Shown here one piece after another: positions 40,464 to 49,804 of a DNA stretch of 64,000 nucleotides. Each line of letters begins with the position of its first letter. The stretch's first letter is position 1. Below the pieces are notes generated by a model, which was not told the origin of the DNA, made no database searches, and saw only the letters and a list, made by a program, of their open reading frames with translations. This DNA comes from an uncultured Candidatus Poseidoniales archaeon (lineage in GTDB: Archaea; Thermoplasmatota; Poseidoniia; Poseidoniales; Thalassarchaeaceae). The position numbers and the translations under genes are program-made. The stretch is from the NCBI GenBank assembly GCA_964386765.1, contig CAYLUC010000004.1, positions 1,799 to 65,798 on the forward strand, written 5' to 3'.

Positions 40464-40519
40464 TGAACCTGCAATGAGAATCAGCCTATCAACATGACCA
40501 CTGCTGAATTGTAGCAGAA

Positions 40520-40627
40520 TCACTGCTTAGCGCGCTTTCTGGCTGCCTTTCGCCTTCGGAGCTTCTTCTTGCGCCACTTCCAGCGCTGCTGTCCTCGCTT
40601 CTTCCATGCGCGAGAACCTCTCTTCAT
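40520..40627 (-). CDS. rpl41e: Ribosomal protein eL41/eS32 (L41e); below the ORF-track length cutoff
   Basis: Translated by hand as MKRGSRAWKKRGQQRWKWRKKKLRRRKAARKRAKQ*, matching the archaeal RWKW.KK..RR.K pattern; TATA-like element at 40651-40658 on the minus strand. Confidence 0.88.
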   Translation of the reverse strand: MKRGSRAWKKRGQQRWKWRKKKLRRRKAARKRAKQ

Positions 40628-40682
40628 GCGGGCGGCCGACCTGCTGCCCCTATATGAGCGATTCGCGAGGGAGGGGGTTTGG

Positions 40683-40759
40683 TGGTGGGCGATACAGGAT
40701 TCGAACCCGTGTCACCGGCTTAGAAGGCCGGGATGATATCCAGACTACACTAATCGCCC
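40683..40759 (-). tRNA. tRNA-Arg(TCT)
   Basis: GGGCGAT/ATCGCCC acceptor stem, CCGGC-CT-TCT-AA-GCCGG anticodon arm, TTCGAAT T-loop and encoded CCA. Confidence 0.95.
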
Positions 40760-40844
40760 TGACATCTGCGCCGAGCACCCCCCTCATGAATCCCACACTC
40801 TGCGGATTGTGTAACTCGCGGTTTCCAAGGAGAAATAAATCACC

Positions 40845-41369
40845 CTAGGCGGATGCGAAAGATCTCGCGCACTTGGGGCACCTGTCAGGCCTGGTTACCC
40901 TCCGCCGCTCCCAGGAGTGACCGCAGTTGCCGCAGATCCACTGCCTCTCTGGGAGGCTGGAAAGGACCTCCTCCCTCATGCCCCTCAATACGGGGGACTC
41001 GTTCAGCTTTGGGGACGGTGCCACCGCTTTCACGATTTCAGCGTGGTTCCCGTCGTGTTCCAAGAGTCCCGCTGCATGGAGCAGTTCATGTGCCAGCGTG
41101 TGCTTGAAAAGCTTCTCGTCACCATCCAGGATACTGTTGATCCCTATTGTGATCGGGCCCGGGGACAATCCAAGCCTCCTCCTGCGGTAAAGCTCGTTGT
41201 GGTCGCACTCGAACCTTGTGATTCCCAATCTGCTGTCACCAGCCTCCAGCCATTCGAGGGAGATCCCCCCGTCAAGGCTCTTGATGAATGGGGCATCCCT
41301 GCCATCAAGTGCAAGGACGACTCTCTCAATAAGGCCGTCTGGAATTTCGGGGGCCCCTGGCATCGCCAC
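40845..41369 (-). CDS. SprT-like zinc metalloprotease with a C-terminal Zn ribbon
   Basis: TLAHELLHAAGL..H motif and C.NC...CPKC. Confidence 0.75.
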   Translation of the reverse strand: MAMPGAPEIPDGLIERVVLALDGRDAPFIKSLDGGISLEWLEAGDSRLGITRFECDHNELYRRRRLGLSPGPITIGINSILDGDEKLFKHTLAHELLHAAGLLEHDGNHAEIVKAVAPSPKLNESPVLRGMREEVLSSLPERQWICGNCGHSWERRRVTRPDRCPKCARSFASA

Positions 41370-41432
41370 TCACTCTTGCTGGCCCCTGCACCCATTCTCC
41401 TTAAATGGGCCTCGATAGTCGCGCTTTCTATT

Positions 41433-41509
41433 GGGCGTGTGGCGCAGCTTGGAAGCGCGCTTCCTTGGCATGGAAGAGGCCCCGAGTTCAAATCTCGGCA
41501 CGTCCACCA
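41433..41509 (+). tRNA. tRNA-Ala(GGC)
   Basis: GGGCGTG/CACGTCC stem with G3:U70, CTTCC-TT-GGC-AT-GGAAG anticodon arm, TTCAAAT T-loop and encoded CCA. Confidence 0.96.
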
Positions 41510-41535
41510 TACACCTACGACACCCTCTGAGGTGC

Positions 41536-41612
41536 AGAAAGTAAACTATTTTCAAAGTTAATTGTTAGCAAAAAAGCCTATTTTACCAATATTCTGAGAG
41601 ATACTAAATACT
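41536..41612 (+). promoter_or_regulatory. AT-rich promoter region of the peptide ABC operon
   Basis: Strongly AT-rich; TACTAAATA at 41602-41610 lies about 24 nt upstream of ATG 41634, consistent with a leaderless transcript. Confidence 0.55.
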
Positions 41613-41633
41613 CAACACGACCACGCACGAGGT

Positions 41634-43682
41634 ATGAAGTCCAGGCTAAACGCTTTACTTCTTGTTACGCTGATGATTGCGTCAGTCGCCGCCGGTTGCC
41701 TCGGCGGAGACGACGATGTGGAGGGTTGCATGGATGAAATTGCAACTAACTTCGACGCTGATGCGACCGTCGACGACGGTTCGTGTGAGTTCGCCGACTC
41801 GGACGGCGACGGCGTGTTTGACCACCTTGAGGCGGCTGGTTGCATGGACATGGAAGCTACAAACTACGACTCGGCAGCTACTGACGACGACGGCTCCTGC
41901 GCCTACGACCAAGCTTACTACATGAGCAAGTACGGCTCCGGCGATATGTCGATGGCCGACGCCATGGCGGCTCTAGAGGATCTCCGAGAGTGCAAAGAGG
42001 ACGATTTGTCCGGTGTTGCATCCGCTTGCGAGATCGTTGCAATGACCTCTGACGTCGACCCACCAATGATGGACCCCGCAGACGCGTATGACACGTCGTC
42101 CGGAGCAGTCATTGAGAACGTCTACGACACTCTGTACAGGTACGAGCCAGGAGCAGACGGAGCACCCGTCCTAGTTCCAAGGCTCGCCACTGGCTACACC
42201 ATTAGCGACGACGGTCTGACATACACCTTCACCCTACGTGAGGGAGTCTTCTTCTCGAACGGAGCAACGTTCGACGCTGAGGACGTTCGGTACTCATGGT
42301 GCCGAGTTATAGAGTATGGAAGCCCAGACTCCGGTGTTGCATGGATCATGTACGAGACCATGTCATCCTGCGATGGACTAGTCGTCAACGACGACGGTAC
42401 CTTCTCCGCGACTCTGGATGTTGCCTACTCGGCATTCATCCCGACCATCGCATTCTGGATTGGAGCCGTTACTGACGCAGAGACCTGCGAGGCCAACAGA
42501 ATCGTAACCGAGGACGACCCAGCAACCGCTGACGTCGACGAGAGTTCCGATGACCACTGCAACGCGTTCCTGCACTCGAACCCGCTAGGAACCAACGCAT
42601 ACGTCCTGAACAGCTACGTCGAGGAGACCGAGCTCGTGCTCACTCCTAACTGGCTATACTGGGAAGACGGCGGATTCAACCTGAACAAGATCACCAGATC
42701 TGAGGTCGCTGAGGAGGCTACTCGCGTAGCCGCCCTAAAGGACGGAGAGGTCGACTTCGCTTCGGTCCCAAGCGGGAACCTAGCAGAGGTCTGCCTGAAC
42801 ACAGAGAACCCAACCGCAATCACCGGAGACCCAGACCAGGGCACCGACTGCGGACCAGAGGCTTCTCTGACTGTTGCTCTAGGAATCATGAACACCAACC
42901 CGACCATCGAGGGAGCTGACGGAGACGTCGCTCACAACGAGTTCATGGCCGATGGAGAGGTCCGAAAGGCACTGTCGTACATCTATGACTACGACACAGC
43001 CATCTCCGACATCTACGACGGATTCGCGATCCCCCTACACGGACCAGTCCCACTAGGGATGCCATTCGTGGAGACCCAGGACGCGACTTTCAGCTACGAC
43101 CTAGACATGGCTAGATCCATTCTAGACGCTGCTGGATACACCTGCGTGGACGCTGACGGAAACCAGGACACTGACGACTGCGTCAGGTTCGGTGGAAACG
43201 AGATCCGCCTGTTCTACAACGACGGAAACGTCAACAGGGAGGCTAACGCCAACCTGATGGCACAGAACCTTGACCTCGTCGGAATCGCCAACACAGTTAC
43301 TGGCGAGCCATGGGGCAACATGCTGGACAGGATGTTCGGAACCGCCAACTGGGACTTCATGTTCCTTGGCTGGGCTCCTGACTACAACGACCCAGACAAC
43401 TACTGGTTCCCGTTCGTTGCTAGCGCAGCAGAGCACGGAGACGTGTACAACACTCAGTACGCAAACGCTGACATCGACGCACTACTACTAGAGGCCAAGA
43501 CCGAGACAGACTACGATGCTCGCGCTGCCCTCTACGCAGAGGCGCACGATCTCTTCATGGAGGAGCCTTCGCTCATCTTCATGGCGCAGTACCTGAGCTA
43601 CCACGTCCACTCGGACAGGGTTTCGATGCCCAGTGAAGTTCCACCAGCAACCATACCATGGTTCAACGTGGACAAGAGTTAG
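41634..43682 (+). CDS. Peptide ABC transporter substrate-binding lipoprotein (DppA/OppA, family 5)
   Basis: AAGCLGG lipobox; MDPA.AYD, NVYDTL, PRLA, YTFTLREGV.FSNG..FDAEDV.YS, VRKAL and GWAPDYNDP motifs. Confidence 0.93.
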   Translation: MKSRLNALLLVTLMIASVAAGCLGGDDDVEGCMDEIATNFDADATVDDGSCEFADSDGDGVFDHLEAAGCMDMEATNYDSAATDDDGSCAYDQAYYMSKYGSGDMSMADAMAALEDLRECKEDDLSGVASACEIVAMTSDVDPPMMDPADAYDTSSGAVIENVYDTLYRYEPGADGAPVLVPRLATGYTISDDGLTYTFTLREGVFFSNGATFDAEDVRYSWCRVIEYGSPDSGVAWIMYETMSSCDGLVVNDDGTFSATLDVAYSAFIPTIAFWIGAVTDAETCEANRIVTEDDPATADVDESSDDHCNAFLHSNPLGTNAYVLNSYVEETELVLTPNWLYWEDGGFNLNKITRSEVAEEATRVAALKDGEVDFASVPSGNLAEVCLNTENPTAITGDPDQGTDCGPEASLTVALGIMNTNPTIEGADGDVAHNEFMADGEVRKALSYIYDYDTAISDIYDGFAIPLHGPVPLGMPFVETQDATFSYDLDMARSILDAAGYTCVDADGNQDTDDCVRFGGNEIRLFYNDGNVNREANANLMAQNLDLVGIANTVTGEPWGNMLDRMFGTANWDFMFLGWAPDYNDPDNYWFPFVASAAEHGDVYNTQYANADIDALLLEAKTETDYDARAALYAEAHDLFMEEPSLIFMAQYLSYHVHSDRVSMPSEVPPATIPWFNVDKS

Positions 43683-43714
43683 ATCGAGCAATAGTATCGC
43701 TTGATTCGTAAGGC

Positions 43715-43745
43715 CGGCGGCGGCGGTCCCAGACCGCTGCCGTCG
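43715..43745 (+). terminator. GC-rich intercistronic hairpin after the substrate-binding protein gene
   Basis: CGGCGGCGGCGGTC-CCA-GACCGCTGCCGTCG forms 14 bp including two G-U pairs; typical position for differential mRNA stabilisation. Confidence 0.6.
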
Positions 43746-43793
43746 CGCCCAAAACACTACAGGGGTTCAGTCAGCCCCAGAGGGGGGGCTTAG

Positions 43794-45218
43794 ATGGAAC
43801 TGTGGGAATACATTGTCAGGAGGTTGGTCCTCCTAGTTCCCGTATTGATAGGCGTCTCCCTTCTAACATTCACAATTTCCCACCTCGTCCCATCTGACCC
43901 GGCCAGGGCTTACTGCGGGCTGAAGTGCCCGGACGACACCCTGGCGGATCTGAAGTACCAGATGCACTTCACGGACGAGGATGGCAACGACATCCCGATC
44001 ATGGACCAGTACTTCCACTACATGGGGTTCTACGACTCCGACGGAGACGGGAGCATATGGTTCGATGAGGATGTCAATGACAACGTGGCCTTCGTGGACT
44101 CCTCCTTCAACTCGCTCGAGTACAATAGTGGAGGCCTTATAGATGGCAATTGGGGTTTCTCTCTCTCCTACAAGAAACCCGTTGTGGACGTTCTCGAACA
44201 GGCCGTCCCCGTAACTCTGGAGATGTCCTTCGGGGCCATACTCTTCGGGGCCCCCCTGGGCATCTTACTGGGTGCATTGAGTGCTGTATACCAGGATCGC
44301 CCTATCGACCACATAAGCAGGTTCGTGGCAATCGCATTCGTCAGCCTGCCGATTTTCTGGCTGGCACTGATGTTCCAGTACCTCTTCGCCACACAGTTCG
44401 GCATATGCGATCCACTGTTTGGGACGGAGGGCGGCTGTCTGCCGCTATTCGGGAGGAAACCTCCCGGGTCAGAGTTCCCCAATCAGGGGGGTGTGTTCGA
44501 CATTGGCAATTTGGGCCTATCATTACTCATGGCAATAGTGGCGTCCGTGGCCGCATATGACATGAAGGTAGACGGCAGGCTTGGGAACTTGAAGAGTCCC
44601 GAGACTACCCGCGACAAGGCGACAGTGGGCATAATTGGCGTATTCCTCACTCTTTCCGTATTCTTTCTGCTAAATCCAACGGACATGGGCCCAGTGGTAA
44701 TCGCGTCCCACGACTCGACCGGGCTTTACACAATCGACTCGCTCCTAGCTGAAACCGGGGACCTTCCTGAGGGCAAGACCAGATTGGCCCTTTTCTGGCA
44801 GTCTCTGAAGTACCTCACACTACCTGTGGTTTGCCTCTCTCTGGGAACCGCTGGTGGCCTACTGAGGTACATGCGCTCAAGCCTCCTGGAGGTCCTCAAT
44901 GAGGACTACGTGAGGACTGCTAGGGCGAAGGGCCTCAATGAGCGCACAGTCATCATCAAGCACGCTTGCAGGAACGCATTGATCCCCATAGTGACAATCC
45001 TCGGATTCATGCTTGGGGGGGTCCTCGGGGGTGCGGTACTAACTGAGACGATTTTCGCCTTACCTGGTATGGGGATGGCTGCGATAAGGGCCATCCTGCT
45101 CACAGACTTCGCCGTGATAATGGGAGTTACCATGGTCACCTCAGTGATTTTCCTTCTCTCGAACCTCGTCGTCGATATCGCTTATGCTTGGGTCGATCCC
45201 AGGGTCAGGTTGGGATGA
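43794..45218 (+). CDS. Peptide ABC transporter permease (DppB-like) with inserts
   Basis: YIVRRL, PSDPA, P.TLE, SLPIFW, RSSLLEVL.EDYVRTARAKGL, HACRNALIP and DPRVR motifs. Confidence 0.93.
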   Translation: MELWEYIVRRLVLLVPVLIGVSLLTFTISHLVPSDPARAYCGLKCPDDTLADLKYQMHFTDEDGNDIPIMDQYFHYMGFYDSDGDGSIWFDEDVNDNVAFVDSSFNSLEYNSGGLIDGNWGFSLSYKKPVVDVLEQAVPVTLEMSFGAILFGAPLGILLGALSAVYQDRPIDHISRFVAIAFVSLPIFWLALMFQYLFATQFGICDPLFGTEGGCLPLFGRKPPGSEFPNQGGVFDIGNLGLSLLMAIVASVAAYDMKVDGRLGNLKSPETTRDKATVGIIGVFLTLSVFFLLNPTDMGPVVIASHDSTGLYTIDSLLAETGDLPEGKTRLALFWQSLKYLTLPVVCLSLGTAGGLLRYMRSSLLEVLNEDYVRTARAKGLNERTVIIKHACRNALIPIVTILGFMLGGVLGGAVLTETIFALPGMGMAAIRAILLTDFAVIMGVTMVTSVIFLLSNLVVDIAYAWVDPRVRLG

Positions 45219-45221
45219 TCC

Positions 45222-47522
45222 ATGGCTTCTAGGGACCTAAAGATAGTTCTGGCCATATTGGCCTTTATTGCTGGAACCATCTTACTCGACATCCTTGTGG
45301 GATCCCCTGGATTCTCATTGCGCTCACTATTGTGGCTCCTACTGTACTTCTTCGCCTTCTCGTCAGCTGCATTCGCCATCTTCGTACCGATCTACCTATT
45401 TGTTCAGGCAGTAAGGGAATTAACCCTCCGAGACTTACTGAAGATCCTCGTCACCTTAGCCGCTGTAATCGCACTATATCATTTCAGAAAGGGGATGGCG
45501 CTAACCCTGACAACTATTCTGATTCTATCACTGGTCATCCCGGAGAGGGCAAGGATTGCCGAGAGGGTATGGGGGGCTCTTACCCCCTCAATCCCCAGGT
45601 ACGACGAACTCTCGGTTAGGTTCTCTAGCTCGGCCCAGACACTCAAGGACAGCTGGAGGGGCTTCAGGAGGAGCGCACTCTCCATAATCGGACTTCTGAT
45701 GGTGGTCCTAGTGATCGACTTCTCCCTCTATGCCGACTCCATCGCACAGCAGGAACAGGAGTCCAGCATAACGGGCCAGGAGGTATGGCCCATCTACAGG
45801 GATGATCCAGAGACAGGGGAGACATTGAATCTGTACACATTCAAGAAACTCCCCCCATTCAGTGGCCCCAAGGAGGACACTGTAACCTCCAGCCCCTCAG
45901 ATGCCGATCAGAAACTACAACTCGACGTCCAGACGGCGAATGGCGATCAGGACAATGACGGCGACTTCGTCCTAAATCTACTGGACCAAGATGACGACAA
46001 TGATGGCATTATCGACTTCGCCGACCAGTCCCCCTCGGACTTCGATAATGACTGGAACTCAACATGTGACGAGGAATCCTGGTTTGACAACACGTCTGGA
46101 ATGTTCTGCGGTCCAGACTACCTCGATCTCGATGATGACTCAGACGGGCTCCTTGACTATGATGAAGTCTCGGACAACAACCCCCTTACAGACATCTATG
46201 ATCATGATAACGACGGCATACAGGACGGGCTAACAAACAGGGCGGGGACCACTGTCAGCCTGAGGGTCCACCACGATGCAGGTTGGGACCAGTCGAACCT
46301 GGTGATGGTCATCGAGTCGGTGAAGCCGTTCGACGATCAATCGTCAGGATGGGGGTGCCAAGGATGCATAGATGGTGAATTGGTTGCATCTCATGGAATG
46401 TTTTCAATTGACGAAGAATCCGGTCAATGGAGCTATGTCTTCGCATCCCCCTTCGAATATCCTGAAGCCCACCCGGGCCCGTGGGACGAAAGCATCCTAG
46501 TCACCAATTCTGAATCTACCGAGTTCAACCTGGACCTATCAATATCTGAGATGTCAGAGGCACCATCGTTTTCCGCTTTGCCCGCATCCCCCTCGCCCTT
46601 CGAGGATGACGAGTGGTATTCAGTGAAAATCCCTGCCAACGCAACACTTAGCGCATTCCTCAATGTAGAGTCCGGTTCAGATTACAATCTCTATCTGTAT
46701 GATGAGGAAGGGGTTCTCGCCGATGCTGGAATCAATGACAATGGATGTCCAGACTTCTACAAATATGACTTCTGGTTCTTTCCCGAGGAATACCAATTGT
46801 GCCCGATGGGAACCACTCACACCGGTAGCGACATGATGAGTAAGATCCTCTATGGGTCAAGGAAGTCCCTCAGGGTCGGCTTCACAGTCGCACTCACCAC
46901 CTGTTTCCTAGGTCTGGTCATTGGGGGCATTAGCGGATACTTTGGAGGAAGGGTCGATGAGATCATTATGAGGATAGCCGATATTTTCTTCGCAGTACCG
47001 GGGCTGATTCTGGCAATGGCCGTGGTGACGGCCATGAATGACATAAACGACCTGGGTGCAATCGGATTTGAGGAGGTCAAGTTAGATAGGTTAGAGAAGA
47101 TTATGATAGCACTAGTTTTCACTGGCTGGCCAGGGTATTCTAGACTAATCAGGGGCCAGGTCCTCTCAGTGAAGGAACATACCTACATTGAAGCCGCCAA
47201 GAGTGTCGGTGCTAGTGACTTCAGAGTTCTATTCAGGCACGTCCTCCCCAATGCTTGGGCCCCAATGATCGTCGCAGTTTCACTGGATGTGGGTGGAACA
47301 ATCCTCACAGCATCCGGGCTTTCCTTCATTGGTTTGGGCGCAGAGGCCAACTCGGCCGAATGGGGGAAGATGATATCCGATGGCAGGTCTTTCTTCCCGA
47401 CACACTGGTGGATGGTAACATTCCCCGGTCTGGCCATCTTAACCACCACTCTCGGATTCAACTTGCTTGGCGATGGTCTGAGGGACGTCATGGATCCAAG
47501 GCAAAGGAGGTCAAAGTCATGA
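45222..47522 (+). CDS. Peptide ABC transporter permease (DppC-like) with an approximately 350-aa extracellular insert
   Basis: MGT...G.D..SKILYG.R.SL, WPGYSRLIRGQ, YIEAAKSVGA, RHVLPN, GLSFIGLG and GDGLRD..DP motifs. Confidence 0.92.
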   Translation: MASRDLKIVLAILAFIAGTILLDILVGSPGFSLRSLLWLLLYFFAFSSAAFAIFVPIYLFVQAVRELTLRDLLKILVTLAAVIALYHFRKGMALTLTTILILSLVIPERARIAERVWGALTPSIPRYDELSVRFSSSAQTLKDSWRGFRRSALSIIGLLMVVLVIDFSLYADSIAQQEQESSITGQEVWPIYRDDPETGETLNLYTFKKLPPFSGPKEDTVTSSPSDADQKLQLDVQTANGDQDNDGDFVLNLLDQDDDNDGIIDFADQSPSDFDNDWNSTCDEESWFDNTSGMFCGPDYLDLDDDSDGLLDYDEVSDNNPLTDIYDHDNDGIQDGLTNRAGTTVSLRVHHDAGWDQSNLVMVIESVKPFDDQSSGWGCQGCIDGELVASHGMFSIDEESGQWSYVFASPFEYPEAHPGPWDESILVTNSESTEFNLDLSISEMSEAPSFSALPASPSPFEDDEWYSVKIPANATLSAFLNVESGSDYNLYLYDEEGVLADAGINDNGCPDFYKYDFWFFPEEYQLCPMGTTHTGSDMMSKILYGSRKSLRVGFTVALTTCFLGLVIGGISGYFGGRVDEIIMRIADIFFAVPGLILAMAVVTAMNDINDLGAIGFEEVKLDRLEKIMIALVFTGWPGYSRLIRGQVLSVKEHTYIEAAKSVGASDFRVLFRHVLPNAWAPMIVAVSLDVGGTILTASGLSFIGLGAEANSAEWGKMISDGRSFFPTHWWMVTFPGLAILTTTLGFNLLGDGLRDVMDPRQRRSKS

Positions 47523-48757
47523 GTGACGAAAAGCTCCTTTCTATATCCGACTTGAAGCTTCACTTCCCAACCGACTATGGGGATGTCAGGGCGCTGGACT
47601 CCGTCTCATTCGGAATCGACCGAGGGGAGATTTTCGGACTGGTCGGCGAATCAGCTTCTGGAAAGTCAGTCACATCCCTCACTGTGATCGGCCTCACTAC
47701 GGGGGTTATCGACTCGGGCTCTGTGAGATTTGAGGGCGAGGAGCTACTTGATGCATCAGAAGAGAGGATGAGGGAGCTAAGGGGCAACGAAATTAGCATG
47801 ATTTTCCAAGAGCCAATGACGGCCCTGAACCCTCTTTACACAGTCGAGAAGCAGATTCACGAGGTCATGAGCCTGCATGGTAAACTTCCTCCCGAGGGAA
47901 GCACCTCGGTGGAGAGGCTGTATAAGGGAATGAGGTCTACATTTTCTAGATTTATTTCTAGGTTCACAGGCGGTTTTGATCACTTTAAGGCGTCTTTATC
48001 AGGAAATGACATTCTAGCGTTATCATTTGCAGTTTTGATGGTAATGCTCATCAAGACGAGCATAATATTCTCATCATTCCTGATAGCATTCTTGGTTTTC
48101 TCATGGGTCCTTTCTTCGATGAATACACTAGATGAAAAACACGTCGAGGTGATAGTGGACAGGCTCAATGATGTCAAGATACCGAATCCATCTGCGGTAG
48201 CGAAGATGTACCCACACGAACTTTCTGGAGGTATGAGGCAGAGGGTCATGATCGCCATGATGATGGCTTGTGAGCCACGCCTACTAATTGCCGATGAGCC
48301 AACAACGGCTCTTGACGTAACAATCCAAGCTCAGATAGTCGAACTGATGAAAGAACTCCGGGATAGCAAGGGCACGGCAATCCTGCTTATCACTCACGAC
48401 ATAGGATTGGTTGCCGAAATGTGCGACCGTGTCGGCGTTATGTATGCGGGAAGGGTGGTCGAGCAGGCATCAGTGGAGGATATATTCGCCAATCCCAGAC
48501 ATGCTTACACCAAGGGGCTAATGGATAGTAGCCCACGGCTCGACTCTGTTCCCAAGTCAGAGCTCTCCACGATTCCAGGACAAGTTGCGGCCCCGTCTGA
48601 CTATGTTCCGGGATGCAGGTTCTGCCAGAGGATGGGTAGGGCCGGCAAGAATCTTTCAGTCAAGCCCGAAATAAAGGAAATCTCTCCCGGTCACTGGGTC
48701 GAGAACTGCCCCTTATGCGTGAACGACCACGAACCCCCTAGGGAGGTGGCCAATTGA
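47519..48757 (+). CDS. Peptide ABC transporter ATPase (DppD/OppD) with a hydrophobic insert
   Basis: Start ATG 47519; GESASGKS, IFQEPMTALNP, YPHELSGGMRQR, DEPTTALD and Cys-containing C-terminal motifs. Confidence 0.93.
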   Translation: MSDEKLLSISDLKLHFPTDYGDVRALDSVSFGIDRGEIFGLVGESASGKSVTSLTVIGLTTGVIDSGSVRFEGEELLDASEERMRELRGNEISMIFQEPMTALNPLYTVEKQIHEVMSLHGKLPPEGSTSVERLYKGMRSTFSRFISRFTGGFDHFKASLSGNDILALSFAVLMVMLIKTSIIFSSFLIAFLVFSWVLSSMNTLDEKHVEVIVDRLNDVKIPNPSAVAKMYPHELSGGMRQRVMIAMMMACEPRLLIADEPTTALDVTIQAQIVELMKELRDSKGTAILLITHDIGLVAEMCDRVGVMYAGRVVEQASVEDIFANPRHAYTKGLMDSSPRLDSVPKSELSTIPGQVAAPSDYVPGCRFCQRMGRAGKNLSVKPEIKEISPGHWVENCPLCVNDHEPPREVAN

Positions 48758-49743
48758 CAGATGCTCAATATCCCACCCTATTGGAGACTCGTAATCTGAA
48801 GAAGTGGTTCCCAATCAAGGGGGGACTTCTTTCCACTGTCAAGAGTTATGTTAGAGCCGTAGATGGGGTCTCGCTTGAAGTCAGAAAGGGAGAGACACTT
48901 GGCGTGGTCGGGGAATCCGGCTGTGGCAAGACAACCCTTGGTCGTCTCCTTTTGGGTCTGATTCCCATTACTGACGGCGAGATAATCTATGATGGAACCA
49001 CAATTTCTGAGATAGAGAGGCAGGAAATACGTAAGAAAATGCAAATCGTTTTCCAGGACCCCGGTGGTTCAATGAACCCGCGGATGTCCGTAAAGTCGAT
49101 CGTCGGGGAACCACTTCATGTTAATACGAAATTAGATGATTCTGAAATCACGTCCCGTGTATCTGACCTCCTAGAGTCAGTGGGACTGGAAACCGTGCAC
49201 ATGAATCGCTACCCTCACGAATTCTCAGGTGGCCAGAAACAGAGGATAGCAATCGCAAGGGCTCTTTCCCTGGATCCAGAATTCATACTCCTTGATGAGC
49301 CCACGAGCGCTCTCGATGTATCGGTCCAAGCACAGGTCCTAAACCTCCTGGCCCAGTTGCAGAAGGAGAGGAACCTGACCTTCGTCTTCATCACGCACGA
49401 CCTCGCAGTCGTACGTCACATCTCTGACAGGGTTGCAGTGATGTACTTGGGCAAGATTGTGGAACTCGCCGATGCCGATGAGATATACAAGAACCCATCT
49501 CATGCGTACACCAAGGCACTAATCTCTGCTATCCCCCGAATGGACCCGACGGACCCCAGCAACAACATCACAGTCGAGGGAGATGTGCCCTCTCCAGTCG
49601 ACCCCCCTCCCGGCTGTGCGTTTGGCCATCGAGTGGAGCACCCCAACTGGGAACTCAGTGTTGACATGGACCTGTCCCTGAGGGAGATTTCCCCCGGGCA
49701 TTGGGTTCAGCCGTGTCCATGCTGTACCGATGTCAGCAACTGA
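48754..49743 (+). CDS. Peptide ABC transporter ATPase (DppF/OppF)
   Basis: [31 protein letters not shown] and PSP.DPPPGC motifs. Confidence 0.94.
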   Translation: MTDAQYPTLLETRNLKKWFPIKGGLLSTVKSYVRAVDGVSLEVRKGETLGVVGESGCGKTTLGRLLLGLIPITDGEIIYDGTTISEIERQEIRKKMQIVFQDPGGSMNPRMSVKSIVGEPLHVNTKLDDSEITSRVSDLLESVGLETVHMNRYPHEFSGGQKQRIAIARALSLDPEFILLDEPTSALDVSVQAQVLNLLAQLQKERNLTFVFITHDLAVVRHISDRVAVMYLGKIVELADADEIYKNPSHAYTKALISAIPRMDPTDPSNNITVEGDVPSPVDPPPGCAFGHRVEHPNWELSVDMDLSLREISPGHWVQPCPCCTDVSN

Positions 49744-49804
49744 AACGCCCACTTTGCACTGGGTCCAACGTAGGCCTGATGTAATGAAACCGCATCAGGC
49801 AGCC

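Noticed and set aside
40606..41561. ORFs 40606-40848, 40917-41561, 41144-41491 and 41370-41555
   Set aside because: Shadow ORFs overlapping tRNA genes or the antisense strand of the SprT-like gene.
47255..47518. N-terminal extension of the 500-aa dppD ORF
   Set aside because: It overlaps dppC; the coupled ATG at 47519 with upstream GGAGG is the likely start.
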